Source of the DNA: Patescibacteria group bacterium
Lineage (GTDB): Bacteria > Patescibacteriota > Patescibacteriia > Patescibacteriales > UBA12465
DNA length: 64,000 nt
Direction of reading: 5' to 3'
Assembly (NCBI GenBank): GCA_050949525.1
Contig: JBMNFW010000001.1
Span: forward strand, 527,890-591,889
Part shown: one piece after another, positions 27,825 through 36,873 of the stretch
Layout of the letters: every line of letters begins with the position of its first letter
Position numbering within the stretch: position 1 is the first letter of the stretch
Translations under genes and position numbers: made by a program
The notes under the pieces: model-generated
The model's database searches: none
Seen by the model: only the letters and a program-made list of their open reading frames with translations
What the model was told of the DNA's origin: nothing

Positions 27825-28361
27825 TTATTTATTTTTCCTAAATTTTTCTCCGTAAACATTAACATCATCTAAAAGATCGTTTTCTTGCCAATCAGATACC
27901 CAATCAGACACTTGATAAACCTTAAAAGAATTATCAGGCTCTTGAGATACAAACTCTTTCAAGCCAGCATTAATAATCATTTTTTTACATATAAAACACG
28001 GATAGGCTTTAATAATTTCTAATTCATTATTAGAATTTACCCTTTCCGAATACACATACATAGTTCCACCTAACAGACTAACACCAGCGCGAGCTGCATT
28101 AATAATAGCATTTTGTTCCGCATGAACACTGCGACACATTTCATATCTTTGACCCGAAGGAATAGCTAACTCATTACGCAAACAATTACCTCGCTCTAAA
28201 CAATCCCTAGTTTTTCGAGGGGCTCCGATATAGCCAGTAGAAATGATTTGATCATCCCGAACAATAATAGCCCCATGCTGAGCTCGAAAACAAGCAGAAC
28301 GACGAGCTACCTCTCGAGCAATATTTAAATAATATTCAATTTTATCTAATCTCTTTTTCAT
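27825..28361 (-). CDS. comEB: Deoxycytidylate (dCMP) deaminase
   Basis: 178 aa. HAEQNAI and PCFICKKMIINAG zinc motifs (H.E ... PC..C). Confidence 0.8.
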   Translation of the reverse strand: MKKRLDKIEYYLNIAREVARRSACFRAQHGAIIVRDDQIISTGYIGAPRKTRDCLERGNCLRNELAIPSGQRYEMCRSVHAEQNAIINAARAGVSLLGGTMYVYSERVNSNNELEIIKAYPCFICKKMIINAGLKEFVSQEPDNSFKVYQVSDWVSDWQENDLLDDVNVYGEKFRKNK

Positions 28362-28400
28362 ATTAATTATTATAACAAAGAAAAACGAATAATTAAAACT

Positions 28401-28805
28401 CTACTTTTTTCTAAAGAGAATAAGTAAACCGATAAAGATTAAAAGTAATGGCCAAAAAGTAATCCAAAAAAATCTAAAAATCCTAAAACCAAAAATAATA
28501 TCAGTTAACAGAATAAAACCTAAAAGAATAAATATTAAACCAAGAAGAACGCTCCAATCAATTTTCTTTTTTTCAGATATTTCTTCACCATCAATAATTT
28601 TATTCTCCGATTTCTGTTCCTCAGCGGGAATTAAGATAGCACAAATTAAATAAACTATTAATCCTGACCCGCCGCCAATGAATAAAGCTAGAAATATTAA
28701 ACGCACTATTATAGTATCAATTTCAAAATATTGCGCTATACCTCCACAAACACCAAAGAGAAAACGATCACTTCTAGATCGATAAATTTTTTTCCTGTTA
28801 GACAT
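28401..28805 (-). CDS. PspC domain-containing membrane protein
   Basis: 134 aa. IYRSRSDRFLFGVCGGIAQYFEIDTIIVRLIF is the PspC domain. Confidence 0.75.
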   Translation of the reverse strand: MSNRKKIYRSRSDRFLFGVCGGIAQYFEIDTIIVRLIFLALFIGGGSGLIVYLICAILIPAEEQKSENKIIDGEEISEKKKIDWSVLLGLIFILLGFILLTDIIFGFRIFRFFWITFWPLLLIFIGLLILFRKK

Positions 28806-28817
28806 AAATTTTAAATA

Positions 28818-29198
28818 TTAATAATTAGAATAATACTGTTTAACTTGATTTCTTAAATTATCATCACTAAACGAAAATGATAAAACCTTTTTAGCTATAT
28901 CACGCGGAAACATTTTTTTAATAGATGAAACGTAATAAGAGCCATCCATAGGTAATTCATATTTAATAACCCGATCTTCATCTTTATCAAATACAAACTT
29001 ATAAGCCATCGAACTACCAGAACCACTTATTATTTCATTATTTTCCAAATAATAAGACTCAGCTAAAATCCACATATAAGCATAACGATATTTATCATCT
29101 TCTCTAATACCAAAATCATGATAATCTATAAATAACTTATAGGCTTCATTAAATCTTTCTGGATTATTATCATGATCAATTAAATATTGAACAGCCAA
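28818..29198 (-). CDS. Hypothetical protein; the frame stays open upstream and encodes a signal-anchor without a canonical start
   Basis: The track ORF starts at TTG 29198. The same frame is open to 29321 and reads (ATA)KKLILIAIIVIITGLLYFRWGNNNEKLYD before it. Confidence 0.5.
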   Translation of the reverse strand: MAVQYLIDHDNNPERFNEAYKLFIDYHDFGIREDDKYRYAYMWILAESYYLENNEIISGSGSSMAYKFVFDKDEDRVIKYELPMDGSYYVSSIKKMFPRDIAKKVLSFSFSDDNLRNQVKQYYSNY

Positions 29199-29345
29199 AT
29201 CATATAATTTCTCATTATTATTCCCCCACCTAAAATATAATAATCCAGTAATAATAACAATAATCGCAATGAGAATGAGTTTCTTTATATTTATTAATTT
29301 CGCTCTTATTTTACCAACTATTTATTGATTTGTAAAATTTTATAT

Positions 29346-29373
29346 ACAAAAAAATAGACAATATTAGTCTATT
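29346..29373 (-). terminator. Terminator after the 1246-aa gene
   Basis: Stem aatagac / gtctatt followed by T7 on the minus strand. A second hairpin cacgg..ccgtg lies at 29380-29398. Confidence 0.55.
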
Positions 29374-29387
29374 TAATCGCACGGGGT
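29371..29387. repeat. Distal copy of a tRNA-Trp 3'-end/flank-derived direct repeat
   Basis: atttaatc-gcacggg-gt here versus atttaatc-aac-gcacggg-at at 33358-33377, which covers the last 8 nt of tRNA-Trp plus its 3' flank. Confidence 0.5.
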
Positions 29388-29438
29388 CGTGGACCGTGTT
29401 AGAACTGAAATTATTATTAAATCAACTTATTTAGTAAA

Positions 29439-32400
29439 TTAATCCACCAAATAAGTCTGTCTAACAATATTATATCCATTAAACTTAGTGTCATCCTCCG
29501 ACTTTAAATCAACAGCCTCTAAGGTTTTTGATAATTCACTTAGATATTTAAAGAGCACCGGCCTATTACTCGCCGAACCGCCTGAATGATCATCAATTAC
29601 AATAGCCGTTTTGCGATTTTCTTTTTCGGCCAAACTTTTTACATAACCTATAACCTTATCATAAAAGTCTTTAACCGATAATGAATTAATTAAATTTTCT
29701 ATAGGATTAAAACCTCTAATAACTAACAACGGCTCTCCATTTTTTGATTCTGTTTCAATCAACATAAAAGCTCCGGCTAATCTCTCATATTTTGTTTCTG
29801 GATTTTGTCTAATAATAACCGAGGTAAAATTAGGGAATTCTTTCAAAATACTACTATACTTTGAAGCCCAGCAAGCATCAGCTATATGTCCAGAAAATTC
29901 AGTTAATACCCCCCTGGTCGGAATTAATTGAATTTTAGAAACATCTTTAGATTGGCCACCGACACCTTGTAATAAAGCCATCTCTTCACTAATAGCTTGG
30001 GCTGAAATTATTTCATTGAACATTCTTTTCGCTTTCTTATCAGTAAAATATTTGGACATAGTCTCTTGATTAGTAATATGATCAATAAAATCAAGAACCC
30101 AAGACATATCACTAATATTTGGCCTATCTAAATCAATATTATCCAAATCGAAATTTAAGCTTTGTTTGTTTCTAGCAAAACTCATTAAAAAAACTGACCG
30201 CCTTAATAATTCATTAAATTTATTATTTCTAGCTAAAATTGAAAAATTATTTTGAAAATCTTTCAAATCTCTTATATTAATAGATTCGAGTAAGTTTATT
30301 TTTTGATTAATCCCCTCCCTGGCCATAGGATTGGGCATATTATTAACTTTTTCTTTTAATTCTTTAATCAATTCTAATCTCTTTTTCTCTATTTCTTCCA
30401 CTAATTTACTAAGAGGAAATTTTTCTTGATACAAGTTTTTAGCGGCTTTAATGGAGTCAACTAACACGGAAAATCTATTTAAAAAATGCTCATTAAATTG
30501 ATGATTCTCTCTGCCGCTAGTATCGGATTTGGCGATTAACAATTCTGAGCTAGGTCTAAAATTACGATTAAGCCCTTTTATTTCACCAGCATTCTTATGA
30601 TTAACATAATTAATAATAATATTTTTAAAACTCTCGTCATCCTTTGTCCCCCACCTAGCCTCTTGCAGTCTGATATATGATTGAAAATATGGCAAATACG
30701 AAGAACTATTATCTCCCTGCAATAAAACTTCGGGGTTAAAATCTTCCGAAATAATTTCTTTTTTAAATTCAGTAAATCTCTCCTGTAATTCTCTCAAGCC
30801 GTCATTACCGCCCTTTTTCAATTTTAATTTTTTTATAATTTCTTTGTCATCACCACTAATACCCTTAATCATATTATAATTATCAGCACTAGCAAAAGCT
30901 CCAAATATTTCCGAGGTTTTAGCGACCAACTTATCTAAAGGGGGATTAAAATATTCATTAATTTTTACAATTTTAGGAAATTCCTGAAGCGAATTTATTA
31001 ATTCATTGCCAAAATCCCGATTAAGATTCTCAAATTTTTCTATATTATTAACTAAAGAGTCAACGGCTTTTGTCTCAACTAACTTCAAGGCTATTTCCTG
31101 ATCTAATTTTTTAAATTTTTCCAAATTATCAATTAATAAATTAATATTACCTGCCTCAATCAATCTATTGGCCAAATCTTTATCAGCCGCGAAACATAAA
31201 TCTAAGTCTTCCTGAGAACGAGATAAAATATTTTTATTTGATAATTTAATAAAAAAATAAGTTAAAGTCTGGTTATCGTCGTTCGTAAATAAATCTATAT
31301 TTTTTATATAAAAAGAATCTTCTGGTTTATTTTTAATACTCTTTATAATTGAAAAGAATGAAACAACCTTTTCACCAATATTTTTTTCAATAAACTTATC
31401 AAGATAATCGCCCGAAATCTGGAAATCTAAATCCGACAAAGAATTATTTTTAATAGCATAAATCAAAAAATCTTCAAAAGCTTCAGTTCTGCCTATTTTT
31501 TCAACAAACTTGTTTTTATTATCAGCTGTTAGGCTGATAAAACCTTTATCCAACAACTTCTTTAAAGAATCAGCACTATTAACTTTCTCTAAAAAATAAT
31601 CGAAAAGACCGCAATCTTCAAAATATTTTAAATCAATACTGCTATCCGCAAATCTATCTCCAAAATTATCAATTAAGCCCTTTAGAGTCTCCGAGCTTGG
31701 TTTAAAACTGTTAAAATTTGAGAAGATAATATATTCTTCGCCGGCATCAATAAATAATTGCAAAACTTTATCAGATAAATGAGAGAAGTTTTTTATATTT
31801 TTTTTGATAGCCCCCGCATAACCATTTTCCCATAATTTAATAATATTTTCTTCTCCAATATTATCTATCCTGTTTATTTTTGCCGCCAAAACATCCATAT
31901 CACCTTCATTTATAATATTTGCAATTAAACTATCCGTGGCAATCCCTTCTTTAAGGTCATATCTTCTTAAAATATAAGAACTTTGCCTATTTTTCTTTAA
32001 TTTTTCAATTAATATTTTTTTATCAAAACCAGCGTCACAATACGCAGTTCTTTCTAAAAGGACTGGGGCATAACCATTTTCAGCCATTTCATAAAATTTT
32101 TCTAAATCTTTAACGTTTGCGTGGTTGCGATTGTTGTAATTATCACCCAATACCAAAGTTATATCAGCAATAAACTTATCTCTAGTATCTCGATATTCTT
32201 GCTTATCTTCTTCTGACAAACTATTATTAATTTCATCATCTGCAACTGTTATTCCATAATAAATAATTAACGCATAGGCCTTTTTTAATTCTGATGAACT
32301 CTTAATATGTTTATCAATAAAATCTAATACTAGGTCTTCTCTTGTATCTAAATTAAAGCACTTTAAAATTTTATCTAAAGCCCAAAGAGGATTAGTTTCA

Positions 32401-33179
32401 GGAAAACGATCAAAATTATGTAAAAATTTATCTATCACTTCATCGGCTCCATTATTAAAAATATCTTTAGCCACTAAATTACTGAACGATTCAAATTTAG
32501 GGAAAATTTGGGAATAATATAGATCAGACTGCTGTTTATTTTCAATCATCCTATCAGCGACAAAAGACGGCAAAGTTTTAAAACTATAATAATCACGATC
32601 TCTATAAAAACTGTCTAAAACCCCAAGTTCATTTAGAACCAACAAAGCATCAGAATCAAGATCTCTTTTTTCAAGATTGTATTTATTAGAACCTTTATTT
32701 CTATTATATTCATTTTTATTGGATAAATAATTTTTAGCCGCCTTATAAAAAGCTTCTTTCTTACTATTATTCACCGCAACATCAAGTATGTCCTCGTGAT
32801 CTACGTCCTGCTCTTTCTTATATTGAAGTTCTGGATTTTTATGAAGTTCTGAGGTTTTAAAACTTAATAATAATAAATGATTATAATAACAACTATCTGC
32901 TGTGGCATCTTCACTTAATAAATCAGCTTCTGCCTTAGCGGTTAAAATATTTTTTAAATCAATTATATCTTTTTCAATAGATTGAATTGGACTAATTCCA
33001 TTATTTGATCGCCAATCCATTAATTCCTGCAACCATTCCTGGATAATATCCTCCGCTTTTTTCTCTTGACCGATTTTTTTAAAATAATGACTAAAAATCT
33101 CCGCTGATAAGCCAAGCTCTTTATCAATGTTTTGCCAATATTCAATTTTATTTTCTTTTTTAATTTGTTCAAATTTCAT
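29439..33179 (-). CDS. Very large orphan protein (1246 aa) with no signal peptide or TM segment
   Basis: Uninterrupted 3741-nt ORF, highly polar and Asn/Lys/Asp/Glu/Ile-rich. No catalytic motif recognised except a C-terminal GHIADACWAS ... VIDDHSGGSASNRP Cys/His pair. Confidence 0.7.
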   Translation of the reverse strand: MKFEQIKKENKIEYWQNIDKELGLSAEIFSHYFKKIGQEKKAEDIIQEWLQELMDWRSNNGISPIQSIEKDIIDLKNILTAKAEADLLSEDATADSCYYNHLLLLSFKTSELHKNPELQYKKEQDVDHEDILDVAVNNSKKEAFYKAAKNYLSNKNEYNRNKGSNKYNLEKRDLDSDALLVLNELGVLDSFYRDRDYYSFKTLPSFVADRMIENKQQSDLYYSQIFPKFESFSNLVAKDIFNNGADEVIDKFLHNFDRFPETNPLWALDKILKCFNLDTREDLVLDFIDKHIKSSSELKKAYALIIYYGITVADDEINNSLSEEDKQEYRDTRDKFIADITLVLGDNYNNRNHANVKDLEKFYEMAENGYAPVLLERTAYCDAGFDKKILIEKLKKNRQSSYILRRYDLKEGIATDSLIANIINEGDMDVLAAKINRIDNIGEENIIKLWENGYAGAIKKNIKNFSHLSDKVLQLFIDAGEEYIIFSNFNSFKPSSETLKGLIDNFGDRFADSSIDLKYFEDCGLFDYFLEKVNSADSLKKLLDKGFISLTADNKNKFVEKIGRTEAFEDFLIYAIKNNSLSDLDFQISGDYLDKFIEKNIGEKVVSFFSIIKSIKNKPEDSFYIKNIDLFTNDDNQTLTYFFIKLSNKNILSRSQEDLDLCFAADKDLANRLIEAGNINLLIDNLEKFKKLDQEIALKLVETKAVDSLVNNIEKFENLNRDFGNELINSLQEFPKIVKINEYFNPPLDKLVAKTSEIFGAFASADNYNMIKGISGDDKEIIKKLKLKKGGNDGLRELQERFTEFKKEIISEDFNPEVLLQGDNSSSYLPYFQSYIRLQEARWGTKDDESFKNIIINYVNHKNAGEIKGLNRNFRPSSELLIAKSDTSGRENHQFNEHFLNRFSVLVDSIKAAKNLYQEKFPLSKLVEEIEKKRLELIKELKEKVNNMPNPMAREGINQKINLLESINIRDLKDFQNNFSILARNNKFNELLRRSVFLMSFARNKQSLNFDLDNIDLDRPNISDMSWVLDFIDHITNQETMSKYFTDKKAKRMFNEIISAQAISEEMALLQGVGGQSKDVSKIQLIPTRGVLTEFSGHIADACWASKYSSILKEFPNFTSVIIRQNPETKYERLAGAFMLIETESKNGEPLLVIRGFNPIENLINSLSVKDFYDKVIGYVKSLAEKENRKTAIVIDDHSGGSASNRPVLFKYLSELSKTLEAVDLKSEDDTKFNGYNIVRQTYLVD

Positions 33180-33303
33180 ATTTTATCCAGTAAAATCTTA
33201 TCTTTATTTTACCAATAATTTAGCCATTTGTAAATCAAAACAAGGGCACTCTAGCTAAAAACCTGCTAATTTGGCTAATTTTCTATTCCCATAAAGGTGT
33301 TAG

Positions 33304-33325
33304 CACCTATCTAGGAATCGAACCC
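33304..33325 (-). other. tRNA 3'-half-like remnant (acceptor 3' strand plus T-arm), not an intact tRNA
   Basis: cacctatctaggaatcgaaccc here versus cacgggatgcaggaatcgaaccc in tRNA-Trp (13-nt identical T-arm core). No matching 5' half can be folded. Confidence 0.45.
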
Positions 33326-33357
33326 TAAAATGCTCGGTTTCTGAGTTACTTTACACG

Positions 33358-33377
33358 ATTTAATCAACGCACGGGAT
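33358..33377. repeat. Proximal copy of the direct repeat (tRNA-Trp 3' end plus flank)
   Basis: See 29371..29387. Confidence 0.5.
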
Positions 33378-33440
33378 GCAGGAATCGAACCCACGTCTTT
33401 TCTTTTGGAGAGAAACATGTTACCACTACACCAATCCCGC
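33370..33440 (-). tRNA. trnW: tRNA-Trp (anticodon CCA)
   Basis: Manual cloverleaf: acceptor GCGGGAU/AUCCCGU (G1-U72), anticodon stem UUUCU/AGAAA, loop CUCCAAA, T-loop UUCGAUU. CCA end not encoded. Confidence 0.85.
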
Positions 33441-33493
33441 TCGGGTTTTCATTATATCTAAAAAATATCTTTTTATCAACAACCCTTAGTTTC

Positions 33494-34024
33494 TTAATAA
33501 GTTTCAACAAAGATCTCAAAATGAGCTTGAGGATGAGCACAAGCTGGACATTCTTCTGGAGCCTCTGTTCCCTCGTGAATATAACCACAATTATTACACT
33601 TCCATCTTTTTACTTCATCTCTCTTAAATACCATATCTTTTTCAATATTTTCTAAAAGCTTTTTAAATCGAGCTTCATGAGCTTCTTCAACCTCCGCTAC
33701 TTCACGGAATTGATAAGCGATATCTTCATGCCCCTCCTCTAAGGCTTCTTTTTCCATTCGAGGATACATCGAACTATGCTCATAATTTTCCCCTTCAATA
33801 GCAGCCCTTAAATCATCTTTAATATCCTCATGAATATAACCTAATCTTTTGGCCCATAATTTAGCATGCTCTTTTTCATTACGAGCTGTTTCTTCAAAAA
33901 TATTAGCAATTTGGACATAGCCAGCCTTACGAAAAGCACTGGCATAATAATCATAACGACTACGAGCCATGCATTCACCAGCAAAAGCTTCTTCTAAATT
34001 CTTCTTTGTTTTTTCACCTAACAT
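33494..34024 (-). CDS. rbr: Rubrerythrin
   Basis: 176 aa. Ferritin-like di-iron E..H motifs (EKEHAKLW, EEAHEARF) and a C-terminal rubredoxin-like CNNCG...CPACAHP. Confidence 0.9.
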   Translation of the reverse strand: MLGEKTKKNLEEAFAGECMARSRYDYYASAFRKAGYVQIANIFEETARNEKEHAKLWAKRLGYIHEDIKDDLRAAIEGENYEHSSMYPRMEKEALEEGHEDIAYQFREVAEVEEAHEARFKKLLENIEKDMVFKRDEVKRWKCNNCGYIHEGTEAPEECPACAHPQAHFEIFVETY

Positions 34025-34041
34025 AATATTAAAATTAATTA

Positions 34042-35073
34042 TTATTTTTCTAAAACTTTTTCATACTCTAATTCATAAATATGAAAAACAGTCATCACTA
34101 AAGATAAAATTAAAGGACCCAAAACTAAACCCCAAAAACCAAATAATACTACACCACCTGATAGAGCAAAGATTATAAAGATCGGATTAATTTTATTATG
34201 ACCATGTAAAATCCAAGCTCGTAATAAATTATCAATATTACCAATAACTATAGCTCCCCAAGCAATAATAAAAGCGCCGGTAAAAACTTGCCCTGAAGCT
34301 ATTAAAAACAATCCAATCGGAATATAAATAATCATAGAACCAATATATGGAATTAAAGAAAACATCGCAATAAAAAGTCCTGGATAAAAAGCTGGAACCC
34401 CCACAATAACAAAACCTAAAGCTCCAACTAAACCTTGAACTCCAGCCACTAAAAAAGTTGAAATCATAGAAGCATAACTAGTTTCGCGAAACTTTTTAAA
34501 AATCTCTAAATCATATTTATTTGGTAAAGGTGACCATAGTTTTAATTTTTCTAACATTCTCTCACCATCAATAAAGAAGAAGAACATAGCTAAAAAAATC
34601 AAAGCTAGAGAAAAAAGAAAAGCCGTAGTCTTCTTAATAATAACCGCTGCTCCCTTAGTTAAATATTCACTTAAACCTTTAGTGGTTTTAAGAATAAAGG
34701 TTTTAAAATCAAAATTATCGGAATTAAAAAATCCAATCCGATCCATTAAATCACCTTGATTCTTATCAATCGCATCTAAAAAATTAAGTGTTTCTGAATA
34801 AGCCACTGGAGCCTTTTTACTAAAAAAAACAATTATTCCTGAAACTGGTAATATCACCACTATTAATAACGATAAACACATTAAAAAAGCTGCAATTTTT
34901 TTTCGCCCACCTAAAAAACGACTCAATTTTAAAAAGGGACTATAAAAAACTGAGGTTAAAACAGCAGCAATAATTATTTCCACCAAAAAAGGCCGAAATA
35001 AAAGGATAACGGCCACTGAAGCTACAATAACTAAAAATATTAAAAAATATTTGGCGAAAGCTTTATCTTTCAT
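34042..35073 (-). CDS. AI-2E family transporter (PerM/UPF0118)
   Basis: 343 aa and polytopic. Same block order as 25425..26453 (FSLIPYIGSMIIYIP, GGVVLFGFWGLVLGP). Confidence 0.75.
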   Translation of the reverse strand: MKDKAFAKYFLIFLVIVASVAVILLFRPFLVEIIIAAVLTSVFYSPFLKLSRFLGGRKKIAAFLMCLSLLIVVILPVSGIIVFFSKKAPVAYSETLNFLDAIDKNQGDLMDRIGFFNSDNFDFKTFILKTTKGLSEYLTKGAAVIIKKTTAFLFSLALIFLAMFFFFIDGERMLEKLKLWSPLPNKYDLEIFKKFRETSYASMISTFLVAGVQGLVGALGFVIVGVPAFYPGLFIAMFSLIPYIGSMIIYIPIGLFLIASGQVFTGAFIIAWGAIVIGNIDNLLRAWILHGHNKINPIFIIFALSGGVVLFGFWGLVLGPLILSLVMTVFHIYELEYEKVLEK

Positions 35074-35080
35074 TTAAATA

Positions 35081-35239
35081 TTATTTAGTTTCTTTATGAA
35101 GAGTATTTTTACGACAAAACTTACAATACTTACTTAACTCTAATCGAACCGCCTTCAAAGTCTTTTTATTTTTACGAGAATGATGATTAACTTTTTTACA
35201 TTCACTACACTCCAATTTAATCAAATTATCTTGAGACAT
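35081..35239 (-). CDS. rpmG: 50S ribosomal protein L33
   Basis: Absent from the ORF track (52 aa). Manual translation: [52 protein letters not shown]. The C..C...C..C and HKE(T)K end are typical of L33. Confidence 0.85.
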   Translation of the reverse strand: MSQDNLIKLECSECKKVNHHSRKNKKTLKAVRLELSKYCKFCRKNTLHKETK

Positions 35240-35304
35240 ATTTTTATCTTAATAAATAATAACAATACTGGGTATTATAACAAAGAAACATCAAAAGTCA
35301 AATA

Positions 35305-36159
35305 CTATTTTTGACAAAAAGAACAATAATGTGTCCCACGACCTACTACTCGATCCTTCTGTATTAAATTAGAACATTTTTTACAAGTCTGACCATCTCG
35401 ACCATAAACCTTTAAGTATTTTTGATAATTTCCCTTCTCACCTTGACTATCTAAATAATTACTAAAAGTAGTACCCTTGGCCATCACCGCCTTCTTTAAA
35501 ATCTTACTAATATTAGAAAATATCATTTTCTTTTCTATTAAAGATAGAGACTCAATCTTGCGTTGCGGTAAAACAGCACTAGCAAAAAGTATCTCATCCG
35601 CATAAATATTGCCAATACCGCTGATTAAAGATTGATCTAAAAGAAAAGCTTTAACATTTTTTCTTTTATGTTTTTCACTTAAATTTAAAAAATCTTGAAA
35701 TTTCATAGTCTCTAAGGGTTCTAAGCCAAATTTCTTTTTAATCTTCTCTAACTCCGAAGTTGAAACTAATTTTAAATAAGCGAAACGACGACTATCATTT
35801 AAGGCTAATAAATCTCCAGAAGAAAAAATAATTTGAAAACGTTGATGTTTAAAAACTTGTTCTGGTCCTGAGTCTAAATGACCCCCGATAATAAATTTAT
35901 TAGAACCGGACGGCCAATAAATTAATTGACCGGTCATCTTAAGATGAATCAATAAAAAAAGAGAGCTATTCTTAAAACTAAAAATTAAAAGCTTAGCTCG
36001 ACGATCAATTTTTTTTATTCGATCTCCTTTTAAAGATTGATAAGACTTTAAAGCTGGTTTTAATTTAGAGTCCAATATCTTTATAGTCGCAATTTTCTTT
36101 CCTAGTATAAAACCTTCTAGACCACGTCTAATTGTTTCAACTTCTGGTAATTCAGGCAT
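35305..36159 (-). CDS. mutM: Formamidopyrimidine-DNA glycosylase
   Basis: 284 aa. N-terminal MPELPEVE, H2TH region and a C-terminal zinc finger CKKC...CSFCQ. Confidence 0.9.
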   Translation of the reverse strand: MPELPEVETIRRGLEGFILGKKIATIKILDSKLKPALKSYQSLKGDRIKKIDRRAKLLIFSFKNSSLFLLIHLKMTGQLIYWPSGSNKFIIGGHLDSGPEQVFKHQRFQIIFSSGDLLALNDSRRFAYLKLVSTSELEKIKKKFGLEPLETMKFQDFLNLSEKHKRKNVKAFLLDQSLISGIGNIYADEILFASAVLPQRKIESLSLIEKKMIFSNISKILKKAVMAKGTTFSNYLDSQGEKGNYQKYLKVYGRDGQTCKKCSNLIQKDRVVGRGTHYCSFCQK

Positions 36160-36292
36160 AGATTAAAGGATATATAATAAAAAACCAACCACCGCCAATA
36201 ATAAAAATAAGACTAAAAATATCTTTAAAAAACTTCGACCAATTTTATCTGGATTAATAAGCATAGACCTATTCTATCAAACTTTTTTAGAC

Positions 36293-36321
36293 TTGACAAT
36301 CTTTAATTATGGGTGTATATT
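36293..36321 (+). promoter_or_regulatory. Near-consensus sigma-70 promoter of the DUF5320-DUF134 operon
   Basis: TTGACA (36293-98), exact 17-nt spacer, TATATT (36316-21). Strong SD GAAAGGGGGTG 5-14 nt before ATG 36363. Confidence 0.7.
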
Positions 36322-36362
36322 CAAAATAGATAATAATTAATAACTAGAAAGGGGGTGTTAAT

Positions 36363-36578
36363 ATGCCTAAATTTGATGGAACTGGCCCTAGTGATCAAGG
36401 TCCTCGAAGCGGTCGAGGAATGGGATCCTGTGGTCATAGAATGAGATTCTGCGGTCGACGACGATTCTCTTCACCTAAAAATGAATTAGCTTTCTTAGAG
36501 GAAGAAGAACAAGCCCTAGAAAAAGAGCTAGCAATTATTAAAGAAGAAAAAGCCGCTCTAGAAGATCAGTTAAAATAA
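36363..36578 (+). CDS. DUF5320 family protein
   Basis: 71 aa. MPKFDGTGP..GPRSGRGMGSCG followed by a coiled-coil EEEEQALEKELAIIKEEKAALE; typical DUF5320 layout. Confidence 0.7.
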   Translation: MPKFDGTGPSDQGPRSGRGMGSCGHRMRFCGRRRFSSPKNELAFLEEEEQALEKELAIIKEEKAALEDQLK

Positions 36579-36582
36579 AATT

Positions 36583-36873
36583 ATGTCACGACCAAGACTT
36601 CTTAGAAAAATTAATTTTGATCCCTCAGTAACATATTTTAAACCTCAAGGGATCCCCTTAAAAGATCTGGAGGTAGTGCATTTAGAATTAGAAGAAATTG
36701 AAGCTTATCGCCTAAGATACATTAAAAACTTAGAACAACAAGAAGCCGCCACTATTATGCACACTTCTCAGAGCACTTACCAAAGAATATTGTACTCAGC
36801 TTCAAAAAAAATAGCTGATGCTTTAATTAATGGTAAGGCCATTAATATTATTAACAATTCTTATGAAGAATAA
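36583..36873 (+). CDS. DUF134 (UPF0251) DNA-binding protein
   Basis: 96 aa. MSRPR..R.I...P....FKP.GIP...LE.V.L..EE.EA.RL motif and a sigma-like HTH (EQQEAATIMHTSQSTYQRIL). Confidence 0.75.
   Translation: MSRPRLLRKINFDPSVTYFKPQGIPLKDLEVVHLELEEIEAYRLRYIKNLEQQEAATIMHTSQSTYQRILYSASKKIADALINGKAINIINNSYEE

Noticed and set aside
33290-33369. A second intact tRNA gene immediately downstream of tRNA-Trp (GGTTCGATTCC-like T-loop)
   Set aside because: Only a T-arm plus a 3' acceptor-like strand can be drawn. No 5' acceptor strand, D-arm or 7-nt anticodon loop is available before the real tRNA begins. Kept only as a remnant.
33364-33588. 74-aa track ORF overlapping tRNA-Trp and the rubrerythrin 3' end; likewise 37828..38052 over tRNA-Tyr, and 40915..40977 over tRNA-Thr
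   Set aside because: The sequence is explained by well-folding tRNA genes and by the motif-supported neighbouring CDSs.
36163-36264. 33-aa hydrophobic minus-strand ORF (MLINPDKIGRSFLKIFLVLFLLLAVVGFLLYIL) ending 4 nt before the mutM start
   Set aside because: A possible small membrane peptide, but it is too short and too AT-driven to support without conservation data. Not listed as a feature.
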